Part shown: one piece after another, positions 61,113-64,000 of the stretch
Numbering within the stretch: position 1 is the first letter of the stretch
Layout: each line of letters starts with the position of its first letter
Source of the DNA: Amoebidium appalachense
Lineage: Eukaryota > Protista > Ichthyosporea
Assembly: GCA_963693365.1 (NCBI GenBank)
Contig: CAVNZM010000002.1
Coordinates: forward strand, 16,835,615 to 16,899,614
DNA: 64,000 nucleotides
Reading direction: 5' to 3'
Made by a program: the position numbers and the translations under genes
Notes under the pieces: model-generated
The model's input: only the letters and a program-made list of their open reading frames with translations
What the model was told of the DNA's origin: nothing
Database searches by the model: none

Positions 61113-62610
61113 AACACACGGACGTGCGTGTGGTCCATAGGTGTGTGCATTACCTTTGCACACGCCTTAATGTGCATCTGGTTGCCCTATGTACCAAAAA
61201 ACGGATGTGTTGAAAGGCTAGATAGGCCCTTGACCGCTCACTCCATATTCTACCACGCGCTGACCCTAGAGCTACCTCAGAAGGTAGCACGGGCATGGCA
61301 CGCACGTGCACATGCTTGAGCACCAAACAAGTGCACACACACACACGCACAAGCACGCGTGTGCTCATCCAAACTCATGCAGACACATACACAGGTACTG
61401 GGGAGTCCGGCAAGAACACCCGAGAGAAGAGACCGCCAGAGGATACGGGATCGGTAAGACGGTTATGGGTGGTGCTGTGGTGTGTGTGCGTGCGTGCGTG
61501 TGTGCGTGGAAGAGGTGTGTGTGTGTGGGGGGGGGGGGGGGGAGGGAAAGGGGAAGGGGGAAGGTGGGTATTATGGTGGGGGGAGGGGAGGGGGGGGGGG
61601 GGGACGATATGGGCTACTATGATGAAGTAGCAATCTGTCAGCATCGCATTCAAATGTGCATATCGAGCTAGCTCACAGGCAGGCACAATGGGCTCCTTCG
61701 GCGCCTCCGGATACCTCTTGTAGCCCCTCTGGCTCCGGCCGTGCATGTGTGTTTGTGTACACTTGGTGTGTGCCGGCACATGCCACACACATTGTTTCTG
61801 TGACCTTTGCCACGTGTACATGCCAGCATTTGAGTGTAATTTGTTCTTCTTTCCTGTTGCCTAAGTGCAATGCTTTTTTCAGGAGGCCGACTCCATCAAG
61901 CGGTTTAAGACGGGGGGTGCTGTTGTCTTTGCGGCCCCTCCCCCACGAAAAGCAGCCACGGTAAACACTCCTAAATGTCACATTTACCACCCCATATACT
62001 TGGCTCTTTTATCTGTGTTGGTTGTTCCCTTCGTGTTGGGACTTGGTTGTGTCAGGCATTCTGTTATCCCCCCCCCCCCCCCCCTCCTCCCAAACACACA
62101 CACGCACACACGGACCAATGCACCCCTCCACACGTTGCACCCTCCCTTGTCTTTAGAGGATATCGTCATTCCACTCCAGTTTAAGCACATAAACCACAGT
62201 GCTTGCTATTGAGCAGTCATGGAATATATGAGACAAGGGGCATGCATGGAGAGATGAGAGAAGGGGGAGGGGGGGGGGGGGGGGGGGGGGGGGGAGAGAT
62301 CTGTGCTCGTGTACGGCGTAGATGGGTGTGTGTATGTGTTTGTGTACTGTGTTTGTGCGTGTGCGTGTGCGTGTGCGGTGTGCGTGTGTGTGTGTTTGTG
62401 TGGGTACTTGTGTGTGCATATGCATGTGTGCGTGTACGCGTGTGTGCGTTTGTAAATGCGCACATTGTTCTCTAGGGTGTGTGTTGATGTGCACTGACAA
62501 TTCACCCCCAGGACACCAAGGCCAGCAAGATGTCCAAGTACAAGAAACCCCCCATGGGGCCCGGCCTTAAGTTCTGCAGCAACGTACACCGTGAGCTCAT
62601 GTCCAAAAAG
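57163..62610 (+). CDS. BET-family double-bromodomain protein (BRD2/3/4/Bdf1-like), 5' part; continues beyond the last recognisable exon and the window
   Basis: Exons 57163-57241, ~57434-58413 (low complexity), 59269-59528 ([38 protein letters not shown]), 60720-60973 ([10 protein letters not shown]), ~61395-61452, ~61883-61960 and 62512-62610 ([15 protein letters not shown], start of BD2). A probable 5'UTR intron spans 56396-57146. Confidence 0.88.
58620..58760 (+). repeat. Degenerate 3' half of family 1 repeat
   Basis: CCCCGAGGATGGGTTGTGCTTATGTTGCATGCT..CCTGCACTGG..GTACTTCGT, then poly-C. Confidence 0.5.
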
Positions 62611-62781
62611 GTAGCAACCCCCCCCCCCCCCCCCCCCCCCCGAGAGAATGATCGTATTGGTACGATTTGTCTAATATCTGACGATTCTGCAGCATCCATA
62701 AGACCCCCCTCCCCCTCCCCTCCCCTCCCCCCCCCCCCCCCCCCCCCACCTTCTCTCTCTCTCTCTCTCCCTCTCTCCCTC

Positions 62782-62875
<94 letters not shown>

Positions 62876-62880
62876 TTCCT

Positions 62881-62914
<34 letters not shown>

Positions 62915-62975
62915 GCGCCTGTTGTTTTGCTTGTCATTTGTTGTTCTGGTTGATTACCTGTAATCTTCGCTTATT

Positions 62976-63010
<35 letters not shown>

Positions 63011-63569
63011 TGTGCGGGGTTGCACATACCGGTGTCTACTTTTCTTCTTACTGTTTTTCTCTCCACACACTTCATCTGTCCACTTCTGCATACCCCCTTT
63101 CATAGCTATAGACACACTTCACACATTGCGTTACGCGCACGCATGCACACACCGCTCTGTTGGCGACAGCTCCCTTGGAACCCATGCGGCATGTTACCCG
63201 CCGGCGTAACATAACTCGGACTATCGGTTTGGCTTTTTTCAAGCCCAAAGCAATGGGTGATACCATATTTCCGGCTGACATCCGGGGGCATAGCTTTCCG
63301 TTCGAAGACGATAAAGTTCCGCCCTAGTAAGCGTGTTACTACCCTGCGGCGTGGGTCAAATCTCATATTTTCCCCTCTGATTACGAATTCTGTGGCCTTC
63401 GGGACTTAATTCTTTTCAGCTGGTGTAGTATGTTAGCCAGGGAAGTATCGACTTAGGTATCGACGGGGGAGCTTCCTAGAAGCCCCGTCTCCTGAGTTCC
63501 TATCTATATTTTTCTTGCTTCTGCTTACTGCTGCAACTTTAACCCCCGGCCTTTCCCACTGCCCTTGCC

Positions 63570-63812
63570 TGCATAAGCAACCCTGCTCGTCTCTGATCAA
63601 GACGGGTGACCTACTCATGTTCAAGTGAAACAGTATCTGAGTTGGGTTTCGTTAACGAGGGGAATAGGTCGAAACTCGGGTACTGTGGATGACGTGGGCC
63701 CCCCCTGAGGATGGGCTCTGCTTATTATGCATACTCTTTATGTATGGCTTGCATTCTGCATCGTGTTATCCGTTTGTTCTTGTGTACTTCGTACTTTTTG
63801 ACGCATTCAAAA
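63570..63812 (+). ncRNA. Most complete family 1 copy: kissing-loop hairpin, k-turn, putative non-circularly permuted hammerhead ribozyme and 3' tail
   Basis: Hairpin 63585-63607; 13-bp stem 63630-63642/63674-63686; GUU 63641-63643; GAAA 63671-63674; CUGAGGA 63705-63711; ends CATTCAAAA plus poly-C. Confidence 0.75.
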
Positions 63813-64000
63813 CCCCCCCCCCCTCCCCTCCCCCCATCTCAACCCTACTCTCAGTACGATACCTGTGTCCACACCCTGCTGTCAACCGCACTCATGTTTC
63901 TCCCCAACCCTTGGTTAGGAAACTTAGAGTACTGTGGTAACTCATTCATTCTTGCTTGTAAACCCACACGTTTGCACAACGTGCGTCATGCCTGTGCATT

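Noticed and set aside
63210-63255. Twister-like TAAC...CAAGCCC motif
   Set aside because: The required pseudoknots and P2 closure could not be built; a simple hairpin explains it.
63570-63812. The repeat as a tRNA-derived SINE, C/D snoRNA, RNase P RNA or group I/II intron
   Set aside because: No A/B boxes or cloverleaf, no terminal box C...box D arrangement, no RNase P CR-I/CR-V motifs and no group II domain V were found by eye.

Overview
Intron-rich eukaryotic genomic DNA. The gene set (RNF19-type RBR ligase, RTEL1, BET protein, Hut1-like SLC35B1) suggests a unicellular opisthokont or holozoan; this is inference. Introns are full of poly-C/poly-G tracts and (CA)n/(CT)n microsatellites, so most ORFs in the six-frame track are spurious. 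Seven spliced genes can be reconstructed: RTEL1 (3' part), TRAPPC8, an RNF19-like RBR E3 ligase, a bacterial-type YdcF/DUF218 gene, SLC35B1/Hut1, cytochrome b5 and a BET bromodomain gene (5' part). There is also an intact young LINE with ORF1, an APE-RT ORF2, a poly(A) tail and an 8-bp TSD. The top finding is a dispersed ~250-nt mobile RNA-like repeat (about 12 copies or fragments, two subfamilies). It carries all hammerhead ribozyme core nucleotides in a non-circularly permuted order, a Kt-7-type kink-turn extending stem III and a palindromic-loop hairpin, with compensatory changes between subfamilies. Most copies end in poly-C and nearly all lie sense to their host genes. All RNA structures were derived by eye and are untested.
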